Below, piece by piece: positions 1 through 11,522 of a stretch of DNA of 64,000 nt. The notes beneath the pieces were generated by a model. That model was not told the DNA's origin and did no database searches. It saw only the letters and a list, made by a program, of their open reading frames with translations. Source of the stretch: Halodesulfurarchaeum sp. (GTDB taxonomy: Archaea; Halobacteriota; Halobacteria; Halobacteriales; Halobacteriaceae); the NCBI GenBank assembly GCA_034520565.1, contig JAXHNL010000002.1, positions 608,001 through 672,000 on the forward strand. Direction: 5' to 3'. Position numbers and translations under genes: made by a program. Numbering within the stretch: the first letter of the stretch is position 1; each line of letters starts with the position of its first letter.

Positions 1-736
1 TCCCTTTGGTACCCTGCCGAACGGTCGTGACCTGTTTACCTTCATGATGGGTGGCGCACGAATCTCGATCATCGTCGCCGGGATGGCGATCGGCATCGCC
101 TCCCTGATCGCAGCGACGCTGTCGATGATATCCGCCTACTACACCGGGTGGGTGGATCTCACGATCCTCACCACTGCGGAAGGGGTGATGTCGATCCCTC
201 GGCTCCTCCTCCTGATCATGGTGAGCGTGGTGTTTGCCGAGCACTGGCTGGGGGCGGTACTCGATGGGGGGTTCCTTTTGGCGCTGATCTTCGCCCTCAC
301 CACCTGGCCGTTCCTCTGGCGGGCGGTTCGGGGCCCAGCTCTCCAGGTATCCGAGGAGGGCTGGATCCAGGCGGCAAAGAGCTTCGGACAGAAGCCCCGC
401 CGGATCATGCGCAAGCACATGCTTCCCTACATCGTCGGCTACCTGATGGTCTATGCCTCCATGTCCACTGGCGGGATCATCATCGGCCTGGCGGCCCTGT
501 CCTTCCTGGGTAACGGACTCGGAATCAATCCGCCAACGCCGGCGTGGGGCCGAGCGGTCTCGCTCGGCCAGCCGTACGTCTCCGGGCTGTCCTGGCACAT
601 CTCCTTCATCCCGGGGGTCATCATCGTCCTCCTCGTGACCGGGCTGAACGCCTTCGGTGACGGGATTCGCGACGCGATCGACCCCGAGACCGAAGGGGCC
701 GACACCGAGGAAGCGACCGTCGGGGGTGGTGGATGA
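1..736 (+). CDS. dppC: Dipeptide/oligopeptide ABC transporter permease (5' end outside window)
   Basis: Frame open from the window start (PFGT..GRDLF); EAA-like loop 'WIQAAKSFG..RIMRKHMLP'; followed by two ABC ATPases. Confidence 0.85.
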   Translation, partial: PFGTLPNGRDLFTFMMGGARISIIVAGMAIGIASLIAATLSMISAYYTGWVDLTILTTAEGVMSIPRLLLLIMVSVVFAEHWLGAVLDGGFLLALIFALTTWPFLWRAVRGPALQVSEEGWIQAAKSFGQKPRRIMRKHMLPYIVGYLMVYASMSTGGIIIGLAALSFLGNGLGINPPTPAWGRAVSLGQPYVSGLSWHISFIPGVIIVLLVTGLNAFGDGIRDAIDPETEGADTEEATVGGGG

Positions 737-1797
737 TGAGCGAGAACGACGTGATCCTCTCGGTGCGGAACCTGGAGACGGTCTTCTACACGGAACACGA
801 GACCATCAGGGCCGTCGACGACATCAGCTTTGACGTCCGGCGTGGCGAGACGGTCGGGATCGTCGGCGAATCGGGCTCCGGGAAGAGCGTGACCGCCCGG
901 TCGATCATGGGAATGATCGAATCGCCCGGTCGGATTCTGGACGGGTCCTCGATCGAGTTCGAGGGCCGAGAACTGACCGAGTTGACGAACAAGGAGTACC
1001 GCTCCGTGCGGGGCAGCGGCATCGGTATGGTTTTCCAGGATCCACGGAACTCGTTGAACCCAGTATATACGATCGGGAACCAGATCAAGGAGTCGCTGAA
1101 GGTCAACCGGGGGATCACCGGGAAACGGGCGACCCGGGAAGCGATCGACCTCCTCGAGGCCGTGGGTATCCCGGACGCCGAACGCCGCCTGGGCGAGTAT
1201 CCCCACGAATTCTCCGGTGGGATGAACCAGCGGGCGGTCATCGCGATGATGCTCGCCTGCGAGCCGGAGTTCCTCATCGTCGACGAGCCGACCACGGCCC
1301 TCGACGTAACCATCCAGGCTCAGATTTTGGACCTGCTCAAGGAACTTCAGGAAGAGCGGAACCTCTCGATCCTCTTCATCACCCACGACATGGGAGTCAT
1401 CGCGGACATCTCCGACCGAGTCAACGTCATGTACGCCGGACAGATCGTCGAATCGGCGCCCGTCGAGTCGCTGTTCGCGAACCCGAAACACCCCTACACG
1501 CAGGCGCTCATCGAGACGATCCCCGGCGAGCACACCCGCGAGGAGGGATTGCGAACGATCGAGGGCGAGGTCCCGACGCCGAACGAACCGGCCACCTATT
1601 GCCGGTTTGCGCCCCGGTGTCCGGAAGCCTTCGACGCCTGTGATCACACGCCACCGCAACACGTGGCTGCAGGGGAGAGCGAGGAACACACCGCGTCCTG
1701 TCTGCTGTATCCAGCGGACCTGGACGAGGCCGGGCGAATCGAACATCACGAAGCACTCTTCGAGGAACCCGCAGGGAATGGGGGGCTCGATCGATGA
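733..1797 (+). CDS. dppD: Dipeptide/oligopeptide ABC transporter ATP-binding subunit
   Basis: Walker A GESGSGKS, signature FSGGMNQR, C-terminal CRFAPRC oligopeptide-ABC domain. Confidence 0.9.
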   Translation: MMSENDVILSVRNLETVFYTEHETIRAVDDISFDVRRGETVGIVGESGSGKSVTARSIMGMIESPGRILDGSSIEFEGRELTELTNKEYRSVRGSGIGMVFQDPRNSLNPVYTIGNQIKESLKVNRGITGKRATREAIDLLEAVGIPDAERRLGEYPHEFSGGMNQRAVIAMMLACEPEFLIVDEPTTALDVTIQAQILDLLKELQEERNLSILFITHDMGVIADISDRVNVMYAGQIVESAPVESLFANPKHPYTQALIETIPGEHTREEGLRTIEGEVPTPNEPATYCRFAPRCPEAFDACDHTPPQHVAAGESEEHTASCLLYPADLDEAGRIEHHEALFEEPAGNGGLDR

Positions 1798-3122
1798 GCG
1801 AGAACGACCTCCGTCCGGACAGCACCGTTGCCAAGGGAAAGCCGATGGTCGAGGTTACGAACCTGAAGAAACACTACGGTGGCGACGGGATTTTCGCCGG
1901 CCCGCCGGTCAAGGCCGTCGACGGCGTGGATCTCACCATCGATCGGGGGGAAACGTTGGGCCTGGTGGGCGAATCCGGCTGTGGGAAAAGTACGCTCGGC
2001 CGAACGCTGATCAGACTCGAACGGGCGACGGAAGGGTCGGTCGTGTTCGACGGGACCGACATCACGACGCTCTCCGGCGGTGATCTTCACGACTGGCGGA
2101 AGAACGCCCAGATGGTCTTTCAGGATCCCCAGTCGAGCCTCGACGATCGGATGACGGTGGGCGAAATCATTCGGGAACCCCTCGACGCCCACGGCTGGGG
2201 AACGGATGCCGACCGGAAAGAGCGCGTCCTCGACCTGTTACAGGACGTGGGCCTCCAGGAGGAGCATTACTACCGGTATCCCAAACAGTTCTCCGGCGGG
2301 CAGCGTCAACGGATCGGCATCGCCCGTGCGCTGGCACTCGAGCCGGAATTTATCGTCCTCGACGAGCCGGTCAGCGCCCTCGACGTGAGCGTGCAGGCCA
2401 AGATCATTAGCCTGCTCGAGCGGCTCCAGGACGAGTTCGACCTGACTTACCTCTTCATCGCCCACGACCTCTCGGTCGTCCGCCACATCACGGACCGCGT
2501 CGCGGTCATGTACCTGGGCAAGATCATGGAACTGGGCGAAACGGAGGAACTGTTCCAGAATCCGGCGAACCCGTACACACGATCCCTGCTCTCGGCGATC
2601 CCGGTGCCGGATCCCACGGCGACGAGCCACCGGATCATGCTCCCGGGCTCGCCACCGAGCCCACGCGATCCGCCGAAAGGCTGCCAGTTCTCGACCCGTT
2701 GTCCGGCGAAGATTCGCCCGGAGGGCTATGACCTTCCCGAGGAGGCCTGGGACGGGATCGAGCGCTTCCGGGAAATCGTCCGGGAACGGTCACGGCTCGA
2801 TCTGGGCGTGCCGGACCTCGTCAAACGTCAGGCGGGGCTGTTCTCGCGGTACGACGACATCGACAATACCCTCGAGGACCTCTTCGAGGGGGTCGAATTG
2901 ACCCCGGAGGTCGAGGAGATCATCGAGACCGCCGCAAATCGAGTCAAGGCGGGCTACCCGGCCGAGGCGCGGAAACACCTCAGCACGGCGTTCAACAGCG
3001 TGTGTGACGTCGAAACCCCCGAATACTACGACGTGAGCTCCTCGGGGAGACAGAGCTACTGTCACCGTCACGGTCTGGAGTACGAGGACGTGGGTCCAGT
3101 ACTGGACCGTCGAACCCGATGA
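1794..3122 (+). CDS. dppF: Dipeptide/oligopeptide ABC transporter ATP-binding subunit
   Basis: [33 protein letters not shown]; overlaps the upstream stop (ATGA). Confidence 0.9.
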   Translation: MSENDLRPDSTVAKGKPMVEVTNLKKHYGGDGIFAGPPVKAVDGVDLTIDRGETLGLVGESGCGKSTLGRTLIRLERATEGSVVFDGTDITTLSGGDLHDWRKNAQMVFQDPQSSLDDRMTVGEIIREPLDAHGWGTDADRKERVLDLLQDVGLQEEHYYRYPKQFSGGQRQRIGIARALALEPEFIVLDEPVSALDVSVQAKIISLLERLQDEFDLTYLFIAHDLSVVRHITDRVAVMYLGKIMELGETEELFQNPANPYTRSLLSAIPVPDPTATSHRIMLPGSPPSPRDPPKGCQFSTRCPAKIRPEGYDLPEEAWDGIERFREIVRERSRLDLGVPDLVKRQAGLFSRYDDIDNTLEDLFEGVELTPEVEEIIETAANRVKAGYPAEARKHLSTAFNSVCDVETPEYYDVSSSGRQSYCHRHGLEYEDVGPVLDRRTR

Positions 3123-3520
3123 GTACCCGTCTCCGGGCACTCGAAGCCGTGTACTGGGTTTTCGGTGGGACGACCGTGGCCATTCTGGGACTCGGTGTGC
3201 TCGCGTTCGTCGTCGGCGACGGGCTGCTCACGCTCAAGTACCTGCTCTTCGTCGTCGGCTTCCTCCTCTTCGGCGTCGGAAGCTTCGCGCTCTGGCGAGG
3301 GACGCGGCGTCGGCCGACGATCTGGCCCTCGATGGACGTGGGCCCAGACACGACCGACGAAATCGGCCTCGAGCGACGACTCTGGGAGCTTCCCGGTCTG
3401 CGTGGCGAATATCTTCCCCCGTCGGATCGCGTTTCACGCCCCGTCAAGCTGTTTCTCACCGGCGTTTTCGTGCTTGCCGTCTCCTACGTGATGGAGGCAG
3501 TCTTCGGCATCAGCGTGTAG
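3119..3520 (+). CDS. Small membrane protein at the end of the dpp operon
   Basis: Three hydrophobic segments; translationally coupled to dppF. Confidence 0.7.
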   Translation: MSTRLRALEAVYWVFGGTTVAILGLGVLAFVVGDGLLTLKYLLFVVGFLLFGVGSFALWRGTRRRPTIWPSMDVGPDTTDEIGLERRLWELPGLRGEYLPPSDRVSRPVKLFLTGVFVLAVSYVMEAVFGISV

Positions 3521-3608
3521 CTCCCACCTTTTATACCGGCCCAATCCCTTTGGGAATTCATGACTGAGAATCGGGCCGAACGGCTCCGAGCCCGGGGAAG
3601 CAGAACGG

Positions 3609-4112
3609 ATGGCAGCGACGAGCGACCAGGCGAAGTCGGGGTGGGGTCAGACCCTCGAAGACATGCGGGCGATGGCACGAAACCGGGAGGACGCCGGCTA
3701 CGAGACGCTCACGTTCCAGGCGGGAAACACCGCACCGAAAGGTCCAGACCAGGGTGACACCGACCGGTGGGGACTGTTTTACATCATTCCCGGCGACGAC
3801 GCAACGTCGTTCCAGAACGCACTGGAGCGAGCGGACTTCGACGAAACCGCGGTGTATCAGACCGCGATCGGCAGATACGCGTTTCTCGTGACCGAAGTCG
3901 TCGATCACGACGAAACGCTCGATCTCATGATCGCCGGGAGTTACCGCCGTGATGCAGCCTCGCCCCTGGTCCGGGCCGCGTTGGACCGCGACCGGATGTA
4001 TTCTCACGTGCGAACACTCGACGGCACGCATCTGGGAACGATCGAACACGACGACCCGGCGGCGTTTTTCCCCGACCCGGACGCGATTCACGCTTACGAG
4101 TATCGCCCGTAA
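3609..4112 (+). CDS. Hypothetical protein (haloarchaeal type)
   Basis: Acidic 167-aa ORF with host-like codon usage; TATA-like TTTTATA upstream. Confidence 0.75.
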   Translation: MAATSDQAKSGWGQTLEDMRAMARNREDAGYETLTFQAGNTAPKGPDQGDTDRWGLFYIIPGDDATSFQNALERADFDETAVYQTAIGRYAFLVTEVVDHDETLDLMIAGSYRRDAASPLVRAALDRDRMYSHVRTLDGTHLGTIEHDDPAAFFPDPDAIHAYEYRP

Positions 4113-4192
4113 CTCGCTGCTATTTGTTGGGGATCTGCTCTCTCTCCGATCCGATACCGTTAAATAACGGGTGAGACGTCATACCACACGTC

Positions 4193-4363
4193 ATGGTGTC
4201 CAATGCCACGTCCATGGCCGCCACGGAACGGACCCCAGAGGTCATGGCAGCCGTCGAGGAGGACGATTCGGAGTCGCGGTACGTCATCGCGGACATTTCA
4301 CGGGATGCGGCCTGGGTAACGGCCGCAATGGACGCGACACTCGACCTCGATGCGTGGCGATAG
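4193..4363 (+). CDS. Small acidic hypothetical protein (56 aa, absent from the ORF track)
   Basis: Read by hand: MVSNATSMAATERTPEVMAAVEEDDSESRYVIADISRDAAWVTAAMDATLDLDAWR*; TTAAATA about 30 nt upstream. Confidence 0.65.
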   Translation: MVSNATSMAATERTPEVMAAVEEDDSESRYVIADISRDAAWVTAAMDATLDLDAWR

Positions 4364-4399
4364 GCCACCTTTTTGCCGACTGACCCCGTCCCCGTTCGT

Positions 4400-4819
4400 A
4401 TGCACGCAAGGGAGGTGAGCCCGGATCGAACCCTGCTCGTCGAGTTCGCCTACGACGAGTCGCTCCGCTCCGAACTCCGGGCGTTCGCCGACGCGGCCGA
4501 GATCGAGTCCGCCTGGGTCCTCGGGACGGGGGCCCTCCGCTCGGCCGAACTGGCCGTCTACGACCAGGACGACCTCGAATCACGGCTGGTTTCCTACGAC
4601 GAGCCGCTCGAGATGCCGCTTTTCACCGGCACGGTCACGACCGGGGACACTCCAGATGTCCAGCTGCAGGCCGTCCTCGCCCGCCCCTCCGGCCAGGCGC
4701 TCGCCGGACGGCTCGACTCGGCGACTGTCTTCTTCGGACAGGCGCTCGTGTGGACTTTCGAGGAATCGCTCGACCGGGAACGGGACCCCGACACGGGGAT
4801 GGACCGGCTCGCCCTGTAA
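4400..4819 (+). CDS. PPC-domain (DUF296) putative DNA-binding protein
   Basis: 'AWVLGTGAL..AELAVYDQ', 'ALAGRL' PPC-like motifs; directly upstream of polC. Confidence 0.75.
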   Translation: MHAREVSPDRTLLVEFAYDESLRSELRAFADAAEIESAWVLGTGALRSAELAVYDQDDLESRLVSYDEPLEMPLFTGTVTTGDTPDVQLQAVLARPSGQALAGRLDSATVFFGQALVWTFEESLDRERDPDTGMDRLAL

Positions 4820-7800
4820 ATGCGCGAGATCGATTCCGCCTACTTCGCCGAACTCGAATCCCGGCTCCAGCGGGCCATCTCGGTCGCCGAACGCGCCCGC
4901 GAGAACGGCGGGGATCCGGTTCCCGAGGTCGAGATCCCCGTCGCGACGGACATGGCCGACCGCGTCGAGAACATTCTCGGTATCGACGGGGTCGCCGAGC
5001 GGGTGCGGGACCTCGAGGACGACTATTCCCGCGAGCGGGCCGCGCTCGTGCTCGTCGAGGACTTCGTCGAGGGAAGCGTCGGCGACTACGAGACCCGCGA
5101 GGGAAAAGTCGAGGGTGCGGTCCGGACGGCGGTCGCCCTGCTCACCGAGGGCGTGGTCGCCGCACCGATCGAGGGGATCGACCGGGTCGAACTGCGCCAG
5201 AACGACGACGGGTCGGAGTTCGTTGCGGTCTCGTATGCCGGGCCGATCCGGTCGGCCGGCGGGACCGCCCAGGCGCTCTCCGTGCTCGTCGCCGACTACG
5301 CCCGGGCACTGCTCGGGATCGAGGCTTATCACCCCCGCGAGGCGGAGGTCGAGCGGTACGCCGAGGAGGTCGCCCTCTACGACCAGGAGACCGGCCTGCA
5401 GTACACCCCCTCGGACGCGGAGGCCAAACACATCGCCCGGAACGTGCCGATCATGCTCGACGGCGAGGCCACTGGCGAGCGCGAGGTCTCCGGGTTCCGG
5501 GACCTCGAGCGGGTCGACACGAACCGCTCGCGGGGTGGCATGTGCCTGGTTCTGGCGGAGGGGATCGCACTCAAGGCCCCGAAGATCAAGCGGTACACCG
5601 ACGAACTGAGCGAGGTCGAGTGGCCGTGGCTCCAGTCGCTCATCGACGGCGATCTCGGTGCCGAGACCGATTCGGCCGACGCGCCTCCCGAACCCGCCGA
5701 GGAGGCCGGTTCTGACGACTCCGTTGGCCCGCCACGGGTGGAGCCCTCGGGGAAGTACCTCCGGGACCTCATCGCCGGTCGCCCCGTCTTTTCCCACCCG
5801 AGCGAGCCAGGCGGGTTCAGGCTCCGCTACGGCCGGGCGCGAAATCACGGTTTCGCGACTGCTGGGGTCCACCCGGCGACGATGCACCTCGTCGATGACT
5901 TTCTCGCGACGGGGACCCAGATCAAGACCGAACGACCGGGCAAGGCCGCCGGCGTCGTGCCCGTGGATTCGATCGAGGGGCCGACGGTCAAACTCGCGAA
6001 CGGCGACGTGCGCCGGATCGACGACCCGGCAGAGGCCCTCGAGGTGCGAAACGGTGTCGAGGCGATCCTCGACGTGGGCGAGTATCTCGTGAACTACGGC
6101 GAGTTCGTCGAGAACAACCAGCCCCTGGCCCCCGCGTCCTACACCGTCGAGTGGTGGGAAAAAGACATGGCCGCCGCGGGGGCCAACGTCCAGGCACTCG
6201 AGGACTCGCCCTACGTCGACCTCGAACACCCCGATCCCGAACAGGCGCTCAACTGGGCCCGGGACCACGCATCCCCCCTGCACCCCGAGTACACCTACCT
6301 CTACCACGACATCGACGCCGAAGCGTTCGACGAACTCGCCGACGCCCTCGCCAGCGGTTCGATCGTCGAGGACACCCTGCAGGTCCCACGAACGGAGTCG
6401 GTTCGCGAGATCCTCGAGGTGCTTCTCGTCCCCCACCACCAGTCAGTCGAGACGCTCGAAATCGAGGACTGGCGGCCGCTCGTTCGAACGGTGGGCATCA
6501 CCACCGATCTCGACCGCGAGTGGGAGTTCGCCGACCTCCCCGAGTCGGCCCGCGAGTGGGACAACGCCATGAAGGCAATCGAGGAGGTCGCCCCCTTCGC
6601 GGTTCGCGAGCGGGCCCCGACCCGCATCGGGAACCGGATGGGCCGGCCGGAGAAGTCCGAATCGCGGGATCTGAGCCCGGCGGTCCACACGCTCTTTCCC
6701 ATCGGTGACGCCGGCGGCGACCAGCGGGACGTCGGTAAGGCAGCCGCGTCGGGCGACGAACTCGACGGCAGCCAGGGCACCGTCGAGGTGGAACTCGGCA
6801 CCCGGGAGTGCCCCGCCTGCGGCACCGAGACGTACAGGCCCCGCTGTGAGGACTGTGGCACCCAGACCCGCCCGGTGTTCGAGTGCCCCGAGTGCGACAT
6901 CGGGTCGAACCGGACGACGGCGGCCGGGTCGAGTGCCCACGGTGTGAGCGAGAACTCTCGAACGTCGAGTTCCGGACCGTCGACGTCGGGGCCGAGTTCC
7001 GGGACGCCCTGGCCGCCCTTGGCGAGCGCGAGAACGCCTTCGACATCGTGAAAGGTGTCAAGGGCCTTATGTCGGCGACGAAGGTTCCCGAGCCGATGGA
7101 GAAGGGGATTCTCCGGGCCAAACACGGCGTGACGGCGTTCAAGGACGGGACGGTCCGCTACGACATGACCGACCTGCCGGTGACGACGGTCCGCCCGGCC
7201 GAACTCGACGTGACGGTGGACGATTTCCGCGAGCTGGGCTACGAGGAGGACGTCAACGGCGAACCGCTGGAGCATGCCGACCAGCTCGTGGAGTTGCGAG
7301 TGCAGGACGTCGTGCTCTCGGATGGGGCCGCCGAGCATATGCTCAAGACCGCCTCGTTCGTCGACGAACTCCTCACGGATTACTACGATCTCGATCCCTT
7401 CTACGAACTCGACGACCGCGAGGATCTGGTCGGCGAGCTGGTGTTCGGGATGGCCCCACACACCAGCGCGGCGGTCGTGGGCCGGGTCGTTGGATTTACT
7501 TCCGCTGCGGTGGGCTACGCGCATCCGTACTTTCACGCCTCGAAGCGGCGGAATTGCTTCCATCCGGAGACGAAAATCTGGTTCGAGGACGAGGATGGTG
7601 TGTGGCGTCACGAGACGATCGAGTCGGTGGTAGAAGGCCGGCTCGAAGACCCTCTGGAAGACGATTTTGGAACACTGGTCGAGGAGATCGGTGGCGAGAT
7701 TCGTGTCCCATCGATCGAAAAAGACGGAACGCCCACGCTGGAGCCAGTCTCGGCCATTTCGAAACACCGTTCGTCCGACCACCTTCTCGAAATAGAACTG

Positions 7801-8898
7801 GAAACTGGCCGCTCGCTGACGGTGACACCTGACCATTCGATGCGGAAGTGGGAGGCCGGAGTTTGTGAACTGAGCGCCTCTCAAATCGAGGTAGGTGACG
7901 TCATCCCACGTCCTAATGTTGGTGGAAATAGCCCCAAAATTCGTGACGGAGACCAACTCGAGCGGTGGCTTTCACGAACTCGGTCGAAAAAATCCGAATC
8001 GTCTCCGGTGGCCGCAGACGGGAGCGTCGGATCAGTCCATCTTGACGAAGTAGTTTCTGTCGACATCGTCGAAAGTGAGGTCGAATTCACGTATTCCGTA
8101 ACGGTGGACAATACCCACACGCTCCTTGCCAATGGCTATCATGTCGGGCAGTGTGACGGTGACGAGGATTGCGTGATGCTCCTCATGGACGGCCTGCTCA
8201 ACTTCTCGAAGCAGTATTTACCCCACACGAGGGGCGGGAGGATGGACGCACCGCTCGTCATGTCCTCTCGGATCGATCCGGAGGAGATCGACGACGAGGC
8301 CCACAACATGGACACCGTCCGGGAGTACTCCCGCGAGTTCTACGAGGCGACCCGCGAGATGGCCGATCCCGGCGACGTGGACGTCGAACTCGCCGAGGAC
8401 CATCTCGGCACCGACCGGGAGTACTCCGAGTTTCACTTCACCCACGACACCTCGAACATCGCGCTCGGGCCCGACCTCTCGGCGTACAAGACCCTCGGCT
8501 CGATGATGGACAAGATGGAGGCCCAGCTCGAACTCGCCCGCAAGCTCCGGGCCGTCGACGAATCGGACGTCGCAGAGCGCGTGATCGAGTATCACTTCCT
8601 GCCCGACCTGATCGGAAACCTGCGGGCCTTCACCCGCCAGGAGGTGCGGTGTCTCTCCTGCGGGACGAAGTACCGGCGGGTCCCTCTGACGGGCAACTGT
8701 CGGAACTGCGGCGGGGACGTGAACCTCACCGTTCACGAGGGGTCGGTGACGAAGTACCTCGAGACGGCAATCGAGGTCGCCGAGGAGTACGGCTCCCGGG
8801 AGTACACGAAACAGCGGCTTCGGATCCTCGAGCGCTCGATCGACTCCATTTTCGAGAACGACAAGAACAAACAGAGCGGCATTGCGGATTTCATGTGA
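4820..8898 (+). CDS. polC: DNA polymerase D large subunit DP2, intein-containing; apparent single-base deletion near 6902
   Basis: AGPIRSAGGT, FRLRYGR, RIGNRMGRPEK, Zn fingers, HPYFHASKRRN/CDGDED, C-terminal CxxC..CxxC and PIP-like QSGIADFM; two overlapping ORFs join in the Zn-finger region. Confidence 0.95.
7555..8151 (+). mobile_element. Mini-intein in DP2 (199 aa, no homing endonuclease)
   Basis: Inserted at KRRN|CDGDED; starts CFHPET, block B TPDH, ends NGYHVGQ/C; lower GC than the exteins. Confidence 0.93.
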
Positions 8899-8917
8899 GC
8901 TCCGGCTGCCGATCCCC

Positions 8918-9697
8918 TTACCGAATGTTCCACTTCGATTCCAGGACGGTGTGGGATTCGAGCGCCCGCTCCAGCTGCTCGACGCCCTGCGAGAGCGTCC
9001 TGGCGATCGACCGCTCGTAGGAGATCCGGTGAGGCGGCCCCGAGATGTCCATGGCTCCGAGAATCTCGCCATCCGAACCCCGGACCGGCACCGCCACCGC
9101 CTTCAAATTCTCCCAGGCCTCCTGTTCGTTGACCGCGTAGCCTCGCTTCCGGACGAGTTCGAGTTCCTCGTCGAGGGTTTCCCGGTCGGTGATGGTGAAT
9201 TCGGTTCGCTCGGGCAATCCCCACCGATCGATAATCTCGTCGACCTGTTGTTCGTCCATTTCGGCGAGCATCGCCTTCCCGGCGGCCGAACTGTGGAGGT
9301 AGAAGTACTGGCCCCGCTGGAACCCTTCGAGGGTTCCCGTATCGAGGCTGTCGAAGAGCGTGATCGCTCGTCCGTTTTCCAGAACGGAGAAGTTCACCAC
9401 TTCGCTGGTCCGATCGGCGATCTCGTAGGTCTTCTCGCGGGCCAGCATGAACTGGGTATTTCGGCGCTTGGCCTGCGTGCCGAGGTGGAAGAGTTTCAAT
9501 CCCAGCCGGTAGCGACCCTCCCGTTTGACGACCAGCCCGTTCTCCCGCAGCGTCTGGAGGTGCTTGTGTGCCGTACTGACTGCCATCTCCAACTCCTCGG
9601 CGAGTTCGCTTACTGTCGGCCCGTTCAGGTTTGCGACGGCCTCGAGAACGCGTAAGGACGTGTTCGTGGTCTCGTGTGTTCGGCCCGTCCCCCTCAT
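8918..9697 (-). CDS. IclR-family transcriptional regulator
   Basis: N-terminal HTH 'VSELAEELEMAVSTAHKHLQTL'; 'LHSSAAGKAMLA' effector-domain motif. Confidence 0.92.
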   Translation of the reverse strand: MRGTGRTHETTNTSLRVLEAVANLNGPTVSELAEELEMAVSTAHKHLQTLRENGLVVKREGRYRLGLKLFHLGTQAKRRNTQFMLAREKTYEIADRTSEVVNFSVLENGRAITLFDSLDTGTLEGFQRGQYFYLHSSAAGKAMLAEMDEQQVDEIIDRWGLPERTEFTITDRETLDEELELVRKRGYAVNEQEAWENLKAVAVPVRGSDGEILGAMDISGPPHRISYERSIARTLSQGVEQLERALESHTVLESKWNIR

Positions 9698-10514
9698 CGT
9701 TTCTCCCTCTGTTTCACGTCATAGAAAAACTTCTCCATCGATGCGTGACTCACTTCAGAATTTAATATCGCGATATACGATATATCTTATAAATGATCGG
9801 CGGTCAGCGGTGCTTTGCTCCCGGTTTGAACCGGATCGGAACACGAAGCGTTCGGGCTGTCGGGACTCATCGCGTTCGGCTTTCAGGGCCGTTTCCCGAA
9901 TCAAGCGCCGTCTGTAAAATTTTGTATATCGGTATACCGTTTATTGAAGGAGATAACCACGTCTAAACCCGTCCGTTTCGAGCGAACAGCACACGCGGAT
10001 CGGCTTCCGACGGGTTTCAGCTGAAACGTTTTGGGGCGAGTGGTCTGGGGGCTCGTTTTGCGGTAACTTCTGTATAGTTAGATATGGTGAACCTGAAGCA
10101 CCAGCTATTTTCGAACCGTGGGGTGGTGGGATGCTGTGGGAGATTCGGAATCTGCCGATATAAGTGTGTGTTTTGTTAGCAACGCTTAACTCGATTTCAG
10201 TCGCTGTCTGGGGGTTGTCCACATAATCGAGTGGATGTCGCGCTATTTTCGCCATCCCAGGTATAAGTTAAACTATATGCTGCTATACGAAATTTTTTGG
10301 ACGTGGCTATTAATCGTCCTCCTTCAAAATCGACTCAATTGGCGATAAACACGCAGAAGAGCGTCTCTTATGGGGTGATGGTTCTCAGTGTATGGGCACG
10401 TATATCATTATGGATATTTGTGAGTAAAATCAGCATCGCCCGATTAATGGGCTTATAGAAGCTTTTACCTGGCCACTCGCAGAGATAAATCGTGTTAACA
10501 AATCGTCAGTTATG

Positions 10515-11204
10515 TCAGGCCGGGGGCGTCGCCGTTTCGGGCTCCTCAAGTATCGATTCGAGGAGTTTGGACTGGGCGGCGGCGAGGTGCTCGGTGAAGG
10601 TCGAGGTGGTAATGCCGAGTTCTTCGGCGACTTGGCCGGCGTTCGCGCCCTTTGGATGCTTGAAGTACCCCATTTCGTGGGCGACTTCGAGGACTTCCCG
10701 CTGCCGATCGGTCAAGACGCCCCGATCCACGAAGACGAGGTCCTCGCTCCCGTCGTCGTCCCGGGAACTCACGAGTCGCTGGACGTCCACGTCGTCGTAG
10801 GATTCCCGGAGTGCCGTGACGGCTCCCCGGAGTTCGTCGATCGAGGGCGCGTGGAACACGATGGAGAGGTCCCCCGCCTCTGCCTGGATGTCGACGATCG
10901 GACAGTCGTACTCCTCGACGAGTTCGCAGGCACAGTCGTGGCCGAAATTCCGTTGAAAGCGGTACACCGACTGCTGCCCGTAGGAGAAGACCGGCTCGAA
11001 GTCCGTCTCGGGGAGGTCGACGCTCGCGTCCGTGGCGAATTCCTCAGTGACTCGGCCGGTTTCCGGGTCGACACGCTTCGAGACGTTGAAACATTCGACG
11101 CCACTGCCCGAGACGTCCGCGATCGGACAACTCTTCAGGTCCGAGAGCCGGATCTTCGCTCTGATACCGCCCGACGCGGTCGCTTCGTTCGCAAGCGTGC
11201 TCAT
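10515..11204 (-). CDS. Bat/DmsR-like HTH_10 transcriptional activator (paralog 1)
   Basis: C-terminal 'LTDRQREVLEVAHEMGYF..P..ANA..VAEELGI..STF.EHL'; N-terminal Cys residues (CPI, CAC). Confidence 0.88.
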   Translation of the reverse strand: MSTLANEATASGGIRAKIRLSDLKSCPIADVSGSGVECFNVSKRVDPETGRVTEEFATDASVDLPETDFEPVFSYGQQSVYRFQRNFGHDCACELVEEYDCPIVDIQAEAGDLSIVFHAPSIDELRGAVTALRESYDDVDVQRLVSSRDDDGSEDLVFVDRGVLTDRQREVLEVAHEMGYFKHPKGANAGQVAEELGITTSTFTEHLAAAQSKLLESILEEPETATPPA

Positions 11205-11522
11205 CGTCCCGCTCCGGGTCTCAGCTCGTGGCCGCTCTTTCGGGCCGTCAGAGTCGGATCGCTCGACTGTGGATGTGGGACAGCCAGTGCGTACATGTTT
11301 GGTGGTACTACCTCCAACAACCTAAAATCCGTTGCCCTTCCCACATTTTGAAAACGCTGGAAACGTCCGTTTAAGCCGATTTGCGGCACGAACTTGGCGA
11401 TTGCCGAACGACACCCGATTTAGGCTTGCCCCAAATATACGGGAACCCATTGTCTCTCAGAGGGGGTTGGCCTTGCTGGGGTCGGAAGGGTTTACCAACC
11501 ACCTCCCCACATTCACACAACA

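Noticed and set aside
6883-7051. Naturally split DP2 or programmed frameshift
   Set aside because: The break is at a G run and five similar indels occur elsewhere in the window; a sequencing error is more parsimonious.
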